Positions 18,051 through 29,404 of a stretch of DNA of 64,000 nucleotides are shown here, in pieces. The notes below the pieces were generated by a model that ran no database searches, was not told the origin of the DNA, and saw only the letters and a program-made list of their open reading frames with translations. This stretch comes from an uncultured archaeon (GTDB taxonomy: Archaea > Thermoproteota > Bathyarchaeia > Bathyarchaeales > Bathycorpusculaceae), in the NCBI GenBank assembly GCA_963810275.1, contig CAWENF010000010.1:1-64000 (forward strand), in the 5' to 3' direction. The first letter of the stretch is position 1. The number at the start of each line of letters is the position of its first letter. A program made the position numbers and the translations under genes.

Positions 18051-18469
18051 AACTCTTCGTCGTTGCATTTAATTGGTGCGGTGATTTCTATAGGTATATG
18101 GTCTCCGTTGGAGTCGAAAGCGGCGATGCTGTTTTTACCTTCAAATGGTGGCCCCACAATCATGAGTACACGTCCAAAGAAGTAGTTGAGGTCAACGTCG
18201 CTGGGTCGGATGTAGCCTGATGGATGCGAGTGCACTGTGCCGACTAATGATAGGTCGCCTGCAAACATGTGACTGTTGAAGTGGACTTCGCCTTCGCCGT
18301 GAATAGCAAAGGGTGCCAAAATCAGGTCGTTTATGCTTATGATACCTTTGCGTTTGTCTTTTTTACCTCGTAGCAGCAGGAAGCTTTCACGAGGGTATAG
18401 TTCTTTTGCACCTGCGTATATTGCATCAAGAATATTACTTGGAATCTGCACCAACAGAGGATGGTTCAT
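18044..18469 (-). CDS. JAB/MPN (JAMM) metalloprotease
   Basis: YPRE...GTVHSHPSG..RPSDVD. Confidence 0.85.
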   Translation of the reverse strand: MNHPLLVQIPSNILDAIYAGAKELYPRESFLLLRGKKDKRKGIISINDLILAPFAIHGEGEVHFNSHMFAGDLSLVGTVHSHPSGYIRPSDVDLNYFFGRVLMIVGPPFEGKNSIAAFDSNGDHIPIEITAPIKCNDEEFY

Positions 18470-18595
18470 AGTATCGAAGTTTACTGTGGCGGGATATTTA
18501 CTTTGCCCAAAACAAGGTTGGGTTGTTGGGCGATGGTTTTGGTTTTCGGTAAACATTTAAGGTACAGTGGATTATGAGTGTTGAATTGTCGGTGT

Positions 18596-18678
18596 GCCGA
18601 GATGGCAGAGTGGTTAACGCGCGGGCCTTGAGAGCCCGTGGACTTCGGTCCGCATGGGTTCGAATCCCATTCTCGGCG
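18596..18678 (+). tRNA. tRNA-Ser(TGA)
   Basis: GCCGAGA/TCTCGGC acceptor stem, CGGGC-CTTGAGA-GCCCG anticodon arm, long variable arm, TTCGAAT loop. Confidence 0.95.
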
Positions 18679-18871
18679 CTTCATTATCACTTTTTACGTA
18701 TTTTAATGAATTATGTCGCTATAAAATTTTGATTTTTTTACTAATTTTTTTCCATATTTGTTGTCGTCAGTGACCACTTACCACATCCGCTTATAAACTA
18801 ACAGAGTTAGATAAGACCTGGTAACAAGATTGTTCATCTTGTTAAAAACTGAAAAATAAAGGAGTAATGAA

Positions 18872-21352
18872 ATGAGAGCAAATACAAAAAGAGTATTATC
18901 AACCCTTCTAGTGTTAGCGTTTGTTTGTTCAATTATACCCATAATGACAACTGAAGCAGCAGACAATACGAAACCAACATATGCATTCTGTAACGCTACA
19001 CCCAACCCCGTTGGTGTAGGCCAAGAAACACTCATTCACTTAGGCATTTCAGAACCTACTAACGGCACTTATTGGCAATGGAAAGACCTAACTGTCACTG
19101 TCACAGCACCAGACGGTCATGAAACAACTTTAGGACCATTTAACACTGACTCAACCGGTGGAACTGGAACAGTCCTCGTTCCTGACCAAGTAGGAACTTG
19201 GGAACTACAAACACACTTTCCAGAGCAGAAAATGGTCCCAGGCATGAGCTTTATGCCAAACACCCCTGAAACAACCTACCAAGCAAGCGACAGCCCAGTG
19301 TGTAACCTAGTCGTACAAGAAGACCCCATCCCATACTTCCCAGCATTCCCACTACCAACAGAATACTGGAACAGACCAATCAATGCACAATTCTATGAGT
19401 GGGTTCCAATAACCGGTGACTGGTTAAGACCCACAGGAAGCTATAGCATGCCACCAATCGAAAAGTTCCATGAAGGAAACGGTGATGCACCCGAAACAGC
19501 TCACATCCTCTGGAACACCGAGTATGCTATGGGCGGTATGGCCGGGGGCGAACTAGGAGATTTTGCCTATGAAATGGGCGATGCATATGTCGGCAAATTT
19601 GCAGGTACAGTCGTAATCAACGGTATCATGTACTACAATCAATTCCAATCAACAGGTGGCACTGCAGTCGAGCAAAACGTTGTTGCAGTCAACTTGAAGA
19701 CAGGAGAAGAACTCTGGTCTAGAAACTGGAACAATACACGACTATCTCTTGGTCAAAAAATGGCATTTAAAGGCTTTAACTACTACGGTACATTCGCATA
19801 CTTATGGAGCATTAACGGAAATACGTGGGATGCATACGATGCACAAACCGGACGATGGGTTTACCGCATTGAAAACGTACCATCAGCAAGCCCCAACTAT
19901 AACTACTTTGGCCCAAATGGCGAAATCATCCGATACACTGTTGACACAAGAAATGGCTGGATGGCCATGTGGAACTCAACTAGAGCATCAAATCCACAAG
20001 CTGCACATGCCGTTGCTGACGGCAGCTGGGACATGCCTGGAAAAGTAATCAATGGCTTGGACGGTATACAGTGGAACGTAACAATTCCCACAGGTTTACC
20101 GGGATCAGTTTGCCACGCCGAAGTTGACGATTGCGTACTCGGATCTCAGTCTTCAGCTTTCCCAAGTTTCAGCGGTCCAACAATTACCTCTTGGGCAATT
20201 AGCACCAAACCAGAAACGGCAGGGCAGCTTATCTTCAATAAAACGTGGAGTGTACCTTCAGGTTTAGATAAAGCAACCTGGGTCTGGAGTGACGTAAGCT
20301 TTGAAGATCGCGTCTTTATCATATCCTGCAAAGAAAACATCAGATTCTACGGATTCAACCTAGATACTGGCAACTATATGTGGACAACTGAACCAGAGTC
20401 TTATCTACAATACTACGACAAATGGTATGGTCCAATGCACGCATACGGTTTATTCTTCAGTGAACGTATGAGCGGCCAAACCATAGCATATGACATGCAA
20501 ACAGGACAACAAGTCTGGAACTACAACTGCTCTGATCCATACGCCGAAATTCTCTGGAGCGAAAACTTCCCGACGATGTTCCACTTTGCAACAGACGGTA
20601 AACTCTACTTATCCTACGGAGAACACTCACCTAACCTTAGTTCAAGAGGTGCACCAATGGTTTGCCTCAACGCTACTACAGGTGAAGAAATCTGGAGGAT
20701 AAGCTGGTTTGGTGTTTGGTGGGGAGGAACAAATGTAATCGGCGACAGCATAATGGCAGGATTAAACGCAGGCTACGACAACCGCATCTACTCTTTCGGT
20801 AAAGGCCCAACAGCCATCACAATGTCAGCATCACCAAAAACATCAACCAACGGCGACAAAGTCATTGTAGAAGGCTACGTAACCGACATTGCACCTGGAA
20901 CAGCACAATACGATGTTGCAGCAAGATTCCCAAGCGGAGTACCAGCAGTCTCAGACGCAAGCATGACACAACATATGCAGTATGTCTACATGCAATACCC
21001 ACGTCCAACAAACACCACAGGCGTCGAAGTCACCATAAGCGTTCTTGACCCCAACAACAACTACTACAAAGTTGCAACAACAACCAGCGATGCAGACGGC
21101 TTCTATAGCTGCTCATTTGTACCTGAAGTAGCAGGCGACTACAAAGTTATGGCAACATTCGACGGTTCCAAAGCTTATTGGAGCTCCCACGTACAAACTT
21201 CAATATCAGTAGATGACCCACCGCAACCCACAGAAGCCCCAGCTAATCAAACATTGCAAGTCGAACAATACTTTATACCTGCAATAATAGGCATAATCGT
21301 TGCAATCGTCTTAGTGGGTGCTGTAATTATCGTTGCATTAAGAAGACCATAA
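18872..21352 (+). CDS. Large membrane-anchored PQQ-like beta-propeller surface protein
   Basis: Signal peptide, PNPVGVGQ, LPTEYWxRPI, repeated xTGxxxW blades, C-terminal TM. Confidence 0.85.
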   Translation: MRANTKRVLSTLLVLAFVCSIIPIMTTEAADNTKPTYAFCNATPNPVGVGQETLIHLGISEPTNGTYWQWKDLTVTVTAPDGHETTLGPFNTDSTGGTGTVLVPDQVGTWELQTHFPEQKMVPGMSFMPNTPETTYQASDSPVCNLVVQEDPIPYFPAFPLPTEYWNRPINAQFYEWVPITGDWLRPTGSYSMPPIEKFHEGNGDAPETAHILWNTEYAMGGMAGGELGDFAYEMGDAYVGKFAGTVVINGIMYYNQFQSTGGTAVEQNVVAVNLKTGEELWSRNWNNTRLSLGQKMAFKGFNYYGTFAYLWSINGNTWDAYDAQTGRWVYRIENVPSASPNYNYFGPNGEIIRYTVDTRNGWMAMWNSTRASNPQAAHAVADGSWDMPGKVINGLDGIQWNVTIPTGLPGSVCHAEVDDCVLGSQSSAFPSFSGPTITSWAISTKPETAGQLIFNKTWSVPSGLDKATWVWSDVSFEDRVFIISCKENIRFYGFNLDTGNYMWTTEPESYLQYYDKWYGPMHAYGLFFSERMSGQTIAYDMQTGQQVWNYNCSDPYAEILWSENFPTMFHFATDGKLYLSYGEHSPNLSSRGAPMVCLNATTGEEIWRISWFGVWWGGTNVIGDSIMAGLNAGYDNRIYSFGKGPTAITMSASPKTSTNGDKVIVEGYVTDIAPGTAQYDVAARFPSGVPAVSDASMTQHMQYVYMQYPRPTNTTGVEVTISVLDPNNNYYKVATTTSDADGFYSCSFVPEVAGDYKVMATFDGSKAYWSSHVQTSISVDDPPQPTEAPANQTLQVEQYFIPAIIGIIVAIVLVGAVIIVALRRP

Positions 21353-21612
21353 GAACCACAAAACATCCTTTCTTTTTTTTCTTTTTTGCAAAAAAACGCT
21401 CATTGATCAAATATTTAATAAAATTTTATACGAATTAAATCAATTGTGAATTAAAACCAATCAAAAGCAATTATCATATAAAATTGTTTAAAGATTAATT
21501 TCAAAGCTTTAATTGCAAAAAACAGTTTTATGCAAGAAATTTCTCCAAGCAAAAACAGACTCAACAACAAGCTGGTACTCTTTTTTGAGTAAGCCATAGT
21601 TCTCGCTGAATC

Positions 21613-22782
21613 TTAGGGAACAGTTTGATTCCAATAGTAAACCTTATCAAAGCAACTTAACTGTACCGCCGCAATAGGCTCATCATAGTAAATGTTTAAG
21701 TGCGTATCGTATCGTTCGATGAGAGCTTCCACATCGCCATAGATTTTAGCAGACAATGCATCGGCAGGAAATAAACCCCAGATTGAGTCATTTGCGCTAC
21801 GGAAGCCAAACCCGTAGTCCGCTGGAACTACATAAGCAACTTCAGGCTGATTTAACCCGAAAGACTCAGGGTCTGTATGAAGGTTATTCCAGAAACTTTG
21901 CAGTGCTTCAAAATGTTCTTCCGTTAAGGTGCCATAACCGGTGATGTCGGGGTAACTGAAAACTACTGCATATTTTGCGCCGGAACTATACGCCAAGGTA
22001 AGATCACTATAGAGTTCGTCGCCGCTCTCTAGGTAAGGCGCTTGGCTGTATTTCCATGTGATTATTGTGCCCCAGTCTTTGCCAAACGTTTCCGCTGCTG
22101 CTCGGCATAGAGCTATGTGACGGCTACGGCTTTCGTTACCAACAAACTCTGCGAATACTGTTGTATAGTTTGCTTTGTAGTCAAACCAGTATAGTGCATA
22201 GTCGGATGTATAGATTCTGGGCGCATAGTTTAGGTAGTACTTGGGAAAAACACTGAGGTTCCCCACGTAGCTGTTTGCAACGTACTCATAGCCTGCGCCT
22301 GGGGGAACCACGGTGTTGTTTACGATTTGGTTGGGACCATTGTCTACTTGATTCCCGCCAGGTTCGTCGTAACGGTATATGCCAAGGAACTGGCTACCAT
22401 AGCGTTGCTGTGCCTCAAGCATCCAATCAAAAACTGTGTAGTTAAACACGCCGGGCATAGAGTAATCATAGTCGATGCTGCTTGTGAAAAACACTATGAG
22501 GTTGAGGTTATTATCGACGATGTAGTCACAGGTTTCGGTTAAGGCAGTTCTATTAAAAGACAACTCCACTGAGCCTAAAATGAACAGGTTAGTGTAGTCT
22601 TTGACTTTGTCCACTAACGCTTTAACTTGATTTGGTTGATCACCGTACGCATATTCAACGCCCACGTAGAACTCACGGGGCTCAGCTTGGCTGTTACCAG
22701 GCCAGTATAGGGCGACAAAAACAGATAGCAAAATTATGGTTGTGAGTGAGGCGGCTACAACTATGACTAGGGGACGCTTCAA
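21613..22782 (-). CDS. Secreted or anchored hypothetical protein
   Basis: 389 aa, N-terminal TM, YRYDEPGG motif (possibly glycoside-hydrolase-like). Confidence 0.75.
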   Translation of the reverse strand: MKRPLVIVVAASLTTIILLSVFVALYWPGNSQAEPREFYVGVEYAYGDQPNQVKALVDKVKDYTNLFILGSVELSFNRTALTETCDYIVDNNLNLIVFFTSSIDYDYSMPGVFNYTVFDWMLEAQQRYGSQFLGIYRYDEPGGNQVDNGPNQIVNNTVVPPGAGYEYVANSYVGNLSVFPKYYLNYAPRIYTSDYALYWFDYKANYTTVFAEFVGNESRSRHIALCRAAAETFGKDWGTIITWKYSQAPYLESGDELYSDLTLAYSSGAKYAVVFSYPDITGYGTLTEEHFEALQSFWNNLHTDPESFGLNQPEVAYVVPADYGFGFRSANDSIWGLFPADALSAKIYGDVEALIERYDTHLNIYYDEPIAAVQLSCFDKVYYWNQTVP

Positions 22783-22838
22783 ATATGTTCAACCAAGCAA
22801 TATAATGTGGCAAACTCTTTATTGAATATTTCAATACA

Positions 22839-23294
22839 TTAGCCTTTGCTAAACAGCCCGATTAAACTGGTTTGGGCTAAAATGTGGTTTTTTTGGCTGT
22901 TTTCCACTTCGCTTTTTGTCGCACCAGCTTTTAAAGGTAGAGTTATGTTTAGGGCAAAGAGTTTGAAGTGGTAATGATGAGTTCCGCTAGGCGGACAGGG
23001 ACCCACGTAGCCAATTGAGCCGGCGCCGTTTTGACCTTCCACACCAGGAGCACTGTGTTCATCAATTGTTAACTGCTCGGGTGAAATGTTGAAGAGTACC
23101 CAATGGGTGAAGCCGCCGTTTGGTGCGTCAGGATCTTCTACGATTAGTGTAAAACTTTTAGTTTCGGCGGGGGGGTTTTGAATGTTTAGCGGCGGGTTTA
23201 TGCTTTGACCGACGCAACTGTATTTTTGAGGTATAGGTTGGTTGGGTTCAAAAACTGGGCTGGATAAGTTAAATCCGCTCATAAAAATCATCAA
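22839..23294 (-). CDS. YbhB/YbcL (PEBP) family protein
   Basis: EDPDAP...THWVLFNI...YVGPCPPSGTHHY. Confidence 0.9.
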   Translation of the reverse strand: MMIFMSGFNLSSPVFEPNQPIPQKYSCVGQSINPPLNIQNPPAETKSFTLIVEDPDAPNGGFTHWVLFNISPEQLTIDEHSAPGVEGQNGAGSIGYVGPCPPSGTHHYHFKLFALNITLPLKAGATKSEVENSQKNHILAQTSLIGLFSKG

Positions 23295-23337
23295 TTTACT
23301 GATGTATAAGCATATATAAATGGTAAATGGCGAGTTA

Positions 23338-23547
23338 TTACTCGATATCTTGAGGGGGTTTTTTTTCTTTGTCGCTCCATTTTTCGACGATTAGCCTGCC
23401 GTCATTTGGGCTGAAGCAGACTTTTACGGGCATGGAACCGTCACATTTAAGGGGAAACATGCTGTCATCGACTATGCGAACAGGCAAGTAAAGGAGGTAC
23501 CTGTCGTCTTTTCGTTTAAAGATTGTTCCTTTGCCCTCGGTTCCCAT
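23338..23547 (-). CDS. Small AbrB/SpoVT-like protein
   Basis: 69 aa, LLYLP...DSMFP...LIVEK. Confidence 0.55.
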   Translation of the reverse strand: MGTEGKGTIFKRKDDRYLLYLPVRIVDDSMFPLKCDGSMPVKVCFSPNDGRLIVEKWSDKEKKPPQDIE

Positions 23548-23724
23548 CCTGATTCACTGGAATATCGATTTGTTGACTTTTAAATTTGTCTGTTAGAAGC
23601 CGAAGAAGAGGTATCTCAAAAGTTCAAACATACATCCACTTAGAGTCTAATAATGGACTTAGGAGAAAAAGCCTAAATTAAAAAAGAAAAAAGATGTGTT
23701 TACAGCTTCCACCCAAAAAGATGG

Positions 23725-25444
23725 TTAGGTTTCTGCTTTTCGGATAAGCTCCGCAGCACTGTTGAGATTTATTTTATAGAAGACACCTGAAATCACCGTT
23801 GCAATTACACCACTTACTACAAGCAAAATCACCAGCAACGTGTTGTCAGGCGCTGGGAAAAATGAGGGAACACCTAACGCAGCGAATTTAGCGAGCACAT
23901 AGGGCACAAGCGGAGCCAAGATAGCTAGCCCTGCAAGCCCGCAGGCTACTATGCTGATGAGGGACCATTCTTGGCGTATCATGCGTGCCCTTCTTGTTGA
24001 AGTGAAGTCCGCACCTTTGAAGCCGAAATATAAGCCCATAGAGCCCAATGCGAACAGCAAAAAGAAGCCTTCCAGCACCGCGATGACGGCTAAATCAATT
24101 GATGGTCGGAAGTAGACGAAGCCAACAATAGAGGTTATGATTTGCACGGCAATCGCAAACAGCAACAGGAAGGAGTATTTTGCTTTGACAAGATTTTTGG
24201 GTGATATAGGTGACGCATAGATTCGCCATACCGCTTGTCCTTCTTCACCGATAAGCATGTTACCAAGCAGCATCGCCATGAAAGCGGACGGAAGTATGAA
24301 TAGCATGCCTGCAAAAACTATGTCTATCACTTCGGGTGCTCCTTGGTTTACAGCGTTTAAGCTGTTGAATATTGATACAATTGCAAAGACAATTGGCACG
24401 ATGAATATGCCAAGTAGCTCTCTTCTACGAGTAAAAGAGCGTGTGTCTTTTTGAATTAGAGCGGCTTCACCTGATGTGAACCCGAGTTTACCCAGTATAC
24501 CTACTCTAGGTGAATAGACGCCGCTTGTTTGGACACGGATGGCTGGGGGCTCGTAGAGTCCGTAGCGCTGATTTAGTAGAACTGCTATGTAATATAGACC
24601 AACCATGAAAAAGACAGCGGCAACAGTAAACGCAACGCCTAAGAGGTATTGATTGCCAATCAGCAAGTAGAACATTCCAATGCCAGGCCATACAAAGGGT
24701 ACAAACCAGAGGTTACTTTGGAAACTAGCTATGCTCTGGATGAATACTAGGCCACCGGAGCCTGTAAATATGTAGAAGTAAGCCACATAGAACAGTATGA
24801 AGAAGAGCAAAGAGCCGATGAGCCGTACATATATGGCGGCGCGACCGCTGGATTTGTAGACGGCACCTGTGAAGCGTGTTTGGAGAATGCGGAGAATTTC
24901 TGTGGTTGCACTGCCCATAAACGCAGCGGCGGCCATTGCGAGGATTGTGACAATTATTGATATGAATAAAATGGGGTTGAAGGCTGGAGAAGACTATCAG
25001 ACCTGCGGATACACCCACTACAATAGCTATGGGAAAGCCAAGTAGGTTTGATAGAACGGACGCTAAGGTGTGTTCCTGCCATGTTACGGGCAACCAATAC
25101 ATAATTTGCGATGTTTTTCTGAGCCCTGCCAGCTGAATTTGCTGGAGCATAGTAAAGACTATGGACATTATGAGAATTAGGGTGGGAACGGTTACTAGAA
25201 AACCATTTGCGGCTTCAGGCAACGGAGGTAAATTTAAGCCTTCTACGCTTACGCCTGACCCGTAAACTGACTCGACAACTACATTTGCGATAAACCCCCC
25301 AATTATACCGATTATTGCAGCGACCCAATAGGGCCAGTACGCCAATACACCGTGTTCTCGGTAATGAGTGGCTTTTATGCCTCGAACTAGTCTACCTGAC
25401 TTGCGTTCTACACGCAGCAGGTACAGTACGTTTTTCCAGTTCAT
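23725..25444 (-). pseudogene. ABC exporter permease split by a +1 frameshift (or assembly indel)
   Basis: ORFs 24725-25444 and 23725-24936 join into one multi-TM protein if one base near 24986 is removed (…VFSAFNPILFISIIVTILAMAAA…). Confidence 0.7.
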
Positions 25445-26211
25445 TTGAGAAGTTCCTCAACAACAGCCTTAAGGTCTCCCGTTCCAGTTAACTTGAGGAA
25501 TATATCTTCTAAGCGGCTGCTTGGCAGACTGGCTTCTTGGCGCAACTCAGCCATGTTGCCCAACGCTAACATGTTGCCATTATACATTATGGCGATTCGG
25601 TCGCACACTGCTTCCGCTATTTCAAGCACATGAGTAGACAGGATTGTGGTTACACCTTGGGCTTTGAGACTTTGAATGTAGTCTTTGACGATTCGGGCAC
25701 TTCGGGGGTCTAAAGCGTTTAGCGGTTCGTCAAGTATAAGTAACTTGGGTCTATGCAAAAAAGCGGATATGAGGCTGATTTTCTTTTTCATACCGTCAGA
25801 GTAGCTGTTTATCATGTCCCCTTCACGGCCTTCCAGCTGAAGCGCCTTGAGGTATTCTGTGACACGCTGCTTCTTTTCAGCTGCAGTTACATTATAGATA
25901 TCGCCAATGAAGTCTAGATATTCGATGCCTGTTAGAAATTCGTATACGTCTGGGGATTCGGGTACGTAGCCGACTTGGCGTTTGACGCCAACGGGGTCGT
26001 TGGCAACTGGGATTCCCATCACTTTGATGTCGCCAGCTGTTGGCTGAACCAAGCCGAGCAACATTTTGAGGGTTGTGGATTTTCCTGAGCCGTTGGGGCC
26101 CAGCAGTGCGAAGACTTCGCCCTGCGGAATGGTTAAGTTGATGTTGTTTACAGCCACTATTTCGTTAAAGCGTTTAGTTACTCCTCTTAATTCAACGGCG
26201 TTGACGCTCAT
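25441..26211 (-). CDS. ABC-2 type ATP-binding protein
   Basis: GPNGSGKST, YSDGM, ILDEP. Confidence 0.9.
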   Translation of the reverse strand: MSVNAVELRGVTKRFNEIVAVNNINLTIPQGEVFALLGPNGSGKSTTLKMLLGLVQPTAGDIKVMGIPVANDPVGVKRQVGYVPESPDVYEFLTGIEYLDFIGDIYNVTAAEKKQRVTEYLKALQLEGREGDMINSYSDGMKKKISLISAFLHRPKLLILDEPLNALDPRSARIVKDYIQSLKAQGVTTILSTHVLEIAEAVCDRIAIMYNGNMLALGNMAELRQEASLPSSRLEDIFLKLTGTGDLKAVVEELLK

Positions 26212-26336
26212 CAGTCCACCCAGTACTGGATTAGGAATGCCTCAATATTTAAGTTTGATGTGTATATCCTTAAAAAAATTAACAAAAAAAGCCCTCATAA
26301 AAGCGGAATAGATTAATTCAGACTTGGAATAAAGCT

Positions 26337-26774
26337 TTAGGTGAATTTTAACTCGAAATCAATCGGTACTGCTTCGCCCCATGACTGACGAATTGGACAA
26401 ATCTTCTGCGCCATGCCATAAATCATCTCGCCTTTTTTTCGTTCATGCTCAGTGTCGTTTTCCAAAGCGACATTCATGGCGAAGTGGACGTTGGTGAAAA
26501 TCAGCTTCTCCATACCCTCCACATGCATGGTTACGGTGGCTTTTGTTTCAAGATTTTTGAGCCTCAACTGGCTGTTTTTAGCTATCAGCAGATACAATGT
26601 GTTGATGCAGGACGCTAACGCAGCGGCGAAAATATCTTCGGGGGTACAGTAGCCTTCTTTGCCTCCAAACGATGGCGGAGGGGAAACAGATGCAAGTTGT
26701 TTGCCCCTTGCGGATAAGGTACATTCGGTTTGGCCGCTCCACGTGGCGGTTCCTTCAAAATTTAATTCTGGCAT
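26337..26774 (-). CDS. OsmC family protein
   Basis: PEDIFAAALASC...CPI. Confidence 0.85.
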   Translation of the reverse strand: MPELNFEGTATWSGQTECTLSARGKQLASVSPPPSFGGKEGYCTPEDIFAAALASCINTLYLLIAKNSQLRLKNLETKATVTMHVEGMEKLIFTNVHFAMNVALENDTEHERKKGEMIYGMAQKICPIRQSWGEAVPIDFELKFT

Positions 26775-26904
26775 AGAAATGTCTCCACGTGGCTAACGAA
26801 GTGGTAGAATTTAACAATTGTGCGACCAGTTTTGAAGTTGGGCAATAAATTTAATTAACGATTCAAAGTAAATGAATAATAAAACACATCCCTGAGCCCT
26901 CGCA

Positions 26905-28281
26905 ATGAGAACTGTCCTAAAAAGTCTACTTTCTAAACGCATAATCGCCATCGTCCTAGTAGCTGTACTTGCTCTCTCAATCGTAAACACGTACCTGATC
27001 TTAGAAGGCAACCGCCAAACTATGAGCACCAACCCAGTCAACTACGATTATGTCCTATCAGTTGATGGTAACTACAAGCTAAAAAACATGCATAACAGTT
27101 ATGTTTTCGACTACGACACAGTTTCGGATGCGCTTTCCAGCGTTTTTTCGGAAGGCAAGTCCGTTTTCTTAACCGCAGGAACATATACCCTTACTGAGAA
27201 CGTTACAATTAAAAACAAGTCCAACGCTAAAATTGTTGGCAACGATGCAGTCATCCAGGGGCAAGGGCACAAAATCCTTCTCTTTGGTGACAACTACACA
27301 GCCTCAAAAGACGCTTATATCTCGGGCCTGTACTTTGTTAACTGCACTGTGCGGATAGAAAATTCTTTTGGGGCGACAATCGAGGATTGCAAATTCGCAA
27401 ACTCAACAGCTGCCTTGGAGTTCGCCAACACAAACACTTGGAGCGAATATAGCAAAGTGGAGAACTGCCAGTTCTTCAATAATACAGAAGGTATCGTTTT
27501 TCGAACTCCCGTAAATGGCACACAGATCGGCTACGATAATGGTAACGCAACTGGCTCCTATGCCAGTTCAGTTATTGACCGTTGTACCTTCAACTTGGTT
27601 GACTTTTCCATTGGAATAAGCGTAGAATACCTCGCAGAGTTTTCCGACAGCCAGATACTAAACACACGATTCTGGATGGGAGAAAACGAAGTACGAAGCA
27701 ACCAAACAGGCCTCTTTGTAGATGGTTCGATGTACCAGACCGTTTTACAAAGTGTCGTATTCGAGTCATTCGCCAATAACCCAATTTACATGTTCGGCGT
27801 TGATATCGGACCTAATTGTGACCCAGCCCCGATTTTTGGTGGGGGCGTCAGCTTCCTAGGGAACTGGACGGCAAGAGTCCACAATCAAGGTGCAACCTGG
27901 CTCTCAGCGGAAGGCACCATCTTTAACCGTATAAACGAAGATGTACCAGTTGGAACAAATGGACAATATGGAAGCAACATAAGCATAAATTGCAAGCCAC
28001 TTCGCATCTCGGAGTTTAAGCCCAAAATTACCGTTGACGGCAGCTTTAGCCATAATGAAACAGTAACAGTGAGGGTGCGCATAGAGTTCATTGACAACTC
28101 GGTATCTGGGGGGATTACAAAGATCTTTACATCTGCAGACTCACAGTGGCTAACAGATGACGATGTTTTGACGCTTTTTCCGTCGCAGAGCGTAATCTGG
28201 CAGGTTCTAATTGACGCAAAAGCCAGTTCGAGCAACACAGATGCGTCTGTTAGGGTAAGCGGTTACGGCATATCCGCTTAG
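26905..28281 (+). CDS. Secreted parallel beta-helix protein
   Basis: N-terminal TM, AGTYTL, repeated IENC.F-type coils. Confidence 0.75.
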   Translation: MRTVLKSLLSKRIIAIVLVAVLALSIVNTYLILEGNRQTMSTNPVNYDYVLSVDGNYKLKNMHNSYVFDYDTVSDALSSVFSEGKSVFLTAGTYTLTENVTIKNKSNAKIVGNDAVIQGQGHKILLFGDNYTASKDAYISGLYFVNCTVRIENSFGATIEDCKFANSTAALEFANTNTWSEYSKVENCQFFNNTEGIVFRTPVNGTQIGYDNGNATGSYASSVIDRCTFNLVDFSIGISVEYLAEFSDSQILNTRFWMGENEVRSNQTGLFVDGSMYQTVLQSVVFESFANNPIYMFGVDIGPNCDPAPIFGGGVSFLGNWTARVHNQGATWLSAEGTIFNRINEDVPVGTNGQYGSNISINCKPLRISEFKPKITVDGSFSHNETVTVRVRIEFIDNSVSGGITKIFTSADSQWLTDDDVLTLFPSQSVIWQVLIDAKASSSNTDASVRVSGYGISA

Positions 28282-28435
28282 TTGGGCTTTTAGATACAAG
28301 CAAAACTCCATAAAACAGCAATAATAGCTTAGTATAAACCAGTAGGTGGCTCACAGTTGCCAATACATCAGCAAAAGTGGTTAAAAAAAGAATGATGCAC
28401 TAACATCTCTTTTCTCCAACCCACTGTATAAACTA

Positions 28436-29116
28436 TTAGCTGTCGCTTATGACTGTGCCCACGTTTTCTCCTCGCACAGCCGCCAAAAAATTCTCGGGTT
28501 CAAATCCACTCACAACCACAGTTTTTATGTGACTGCGCTTTAGCACTTTTACGGCTTCAGGGTCGATTATTTGATGAATTCCAGCCTCATGAGTGTTCTG
28601 CCCAAAAACCTCGGATAATTCGTTAAAGGTTAAGCGATCTATCTTTATGGCATCAGGATTTTTTCTTGGATCTTTGTTATATACACCTTTTTGGTCAGAA
28701 GCCTTTAGCAGCATGTCTGCGGCGATTTTCTCTGCAACCAATGTGGCAACCGTGTCGGTTGTAATGCCTGGTTTAAGTCCCCCCATAACCGCTATTTTGC
28801 CTCCAGCCAGATACTCGGCTGCCTCTTCAGGAGTCACCGCTACTTTGCTTGCGGCTATGTCACCAAGGCATTTAAGGAATAACTGTGCGAAAAGTCGAGA
28901 GCAGCTTATGGCTACCTCATCTTGTGCGTCAATTCCCAAACCAAGCTCTTTTGCCAATCCAATAAACTGGCGAGCTAAGGCTCCACCGCCTAAAATCACT
29001 ACCATATCATGGCCTTGCTCACGAATTTGTCTAATAATATCAGAGTATTTTCCCAACAACACGGTGTTTATTGGGTTTGCTACGACGCTGCCCCCTATCC
29101 TGACTACAATGCGCAT
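28436..29116 (-). CDS. pyrH: UMP kinase
   Basis: IGGSV, GGGALAR, PGITTD, GVYNKDP. Confidence 0.92.
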   Translation of the reverse strand: MRIVVRIGGSVVANPINTVLLGKYSDIIRQIREQGHDMVVILGGGALARQFIGLAKELGLGIDAQDEVAISCSRLFAQLFLKCLGDIAASKVAVTPEEAAEYLAGGKIAVMGGLKPGITTDTVATLVAEKIAADMLLKASDQKGVYNKDPRKNPDAIKIDRLTFNELSEVFGQNTHEAGIHQIIDPEAVKVLKRSHIKTVVVSGFEPENFLAAVRGENVGTVISDS

Positions 29117-29404
29117 GACTGTGCCTCTTTGGGGATGATATAGCTGATGAAAGTTAAAAATAGTTTTGTCAACAATAAATTAAATAATTTCTACTGACAA
29201 ACGATTCTCAAGAAGAGTAGCGTTAAGTGGTTACCAATCAACAGATCCTATTATATGGTTGAGTTGCAAAAAAATGTTGGGAGAGATATCATCCGCAAAA
29301 CCCTTTTATATTAAAAAAATGGTTTTTTCAACGAAATACTAAATCAATCAAAAATAAAAATCGCATTAAAACAATCAGCAAATAAAAATAATTGAATAGA
29401 AAAT

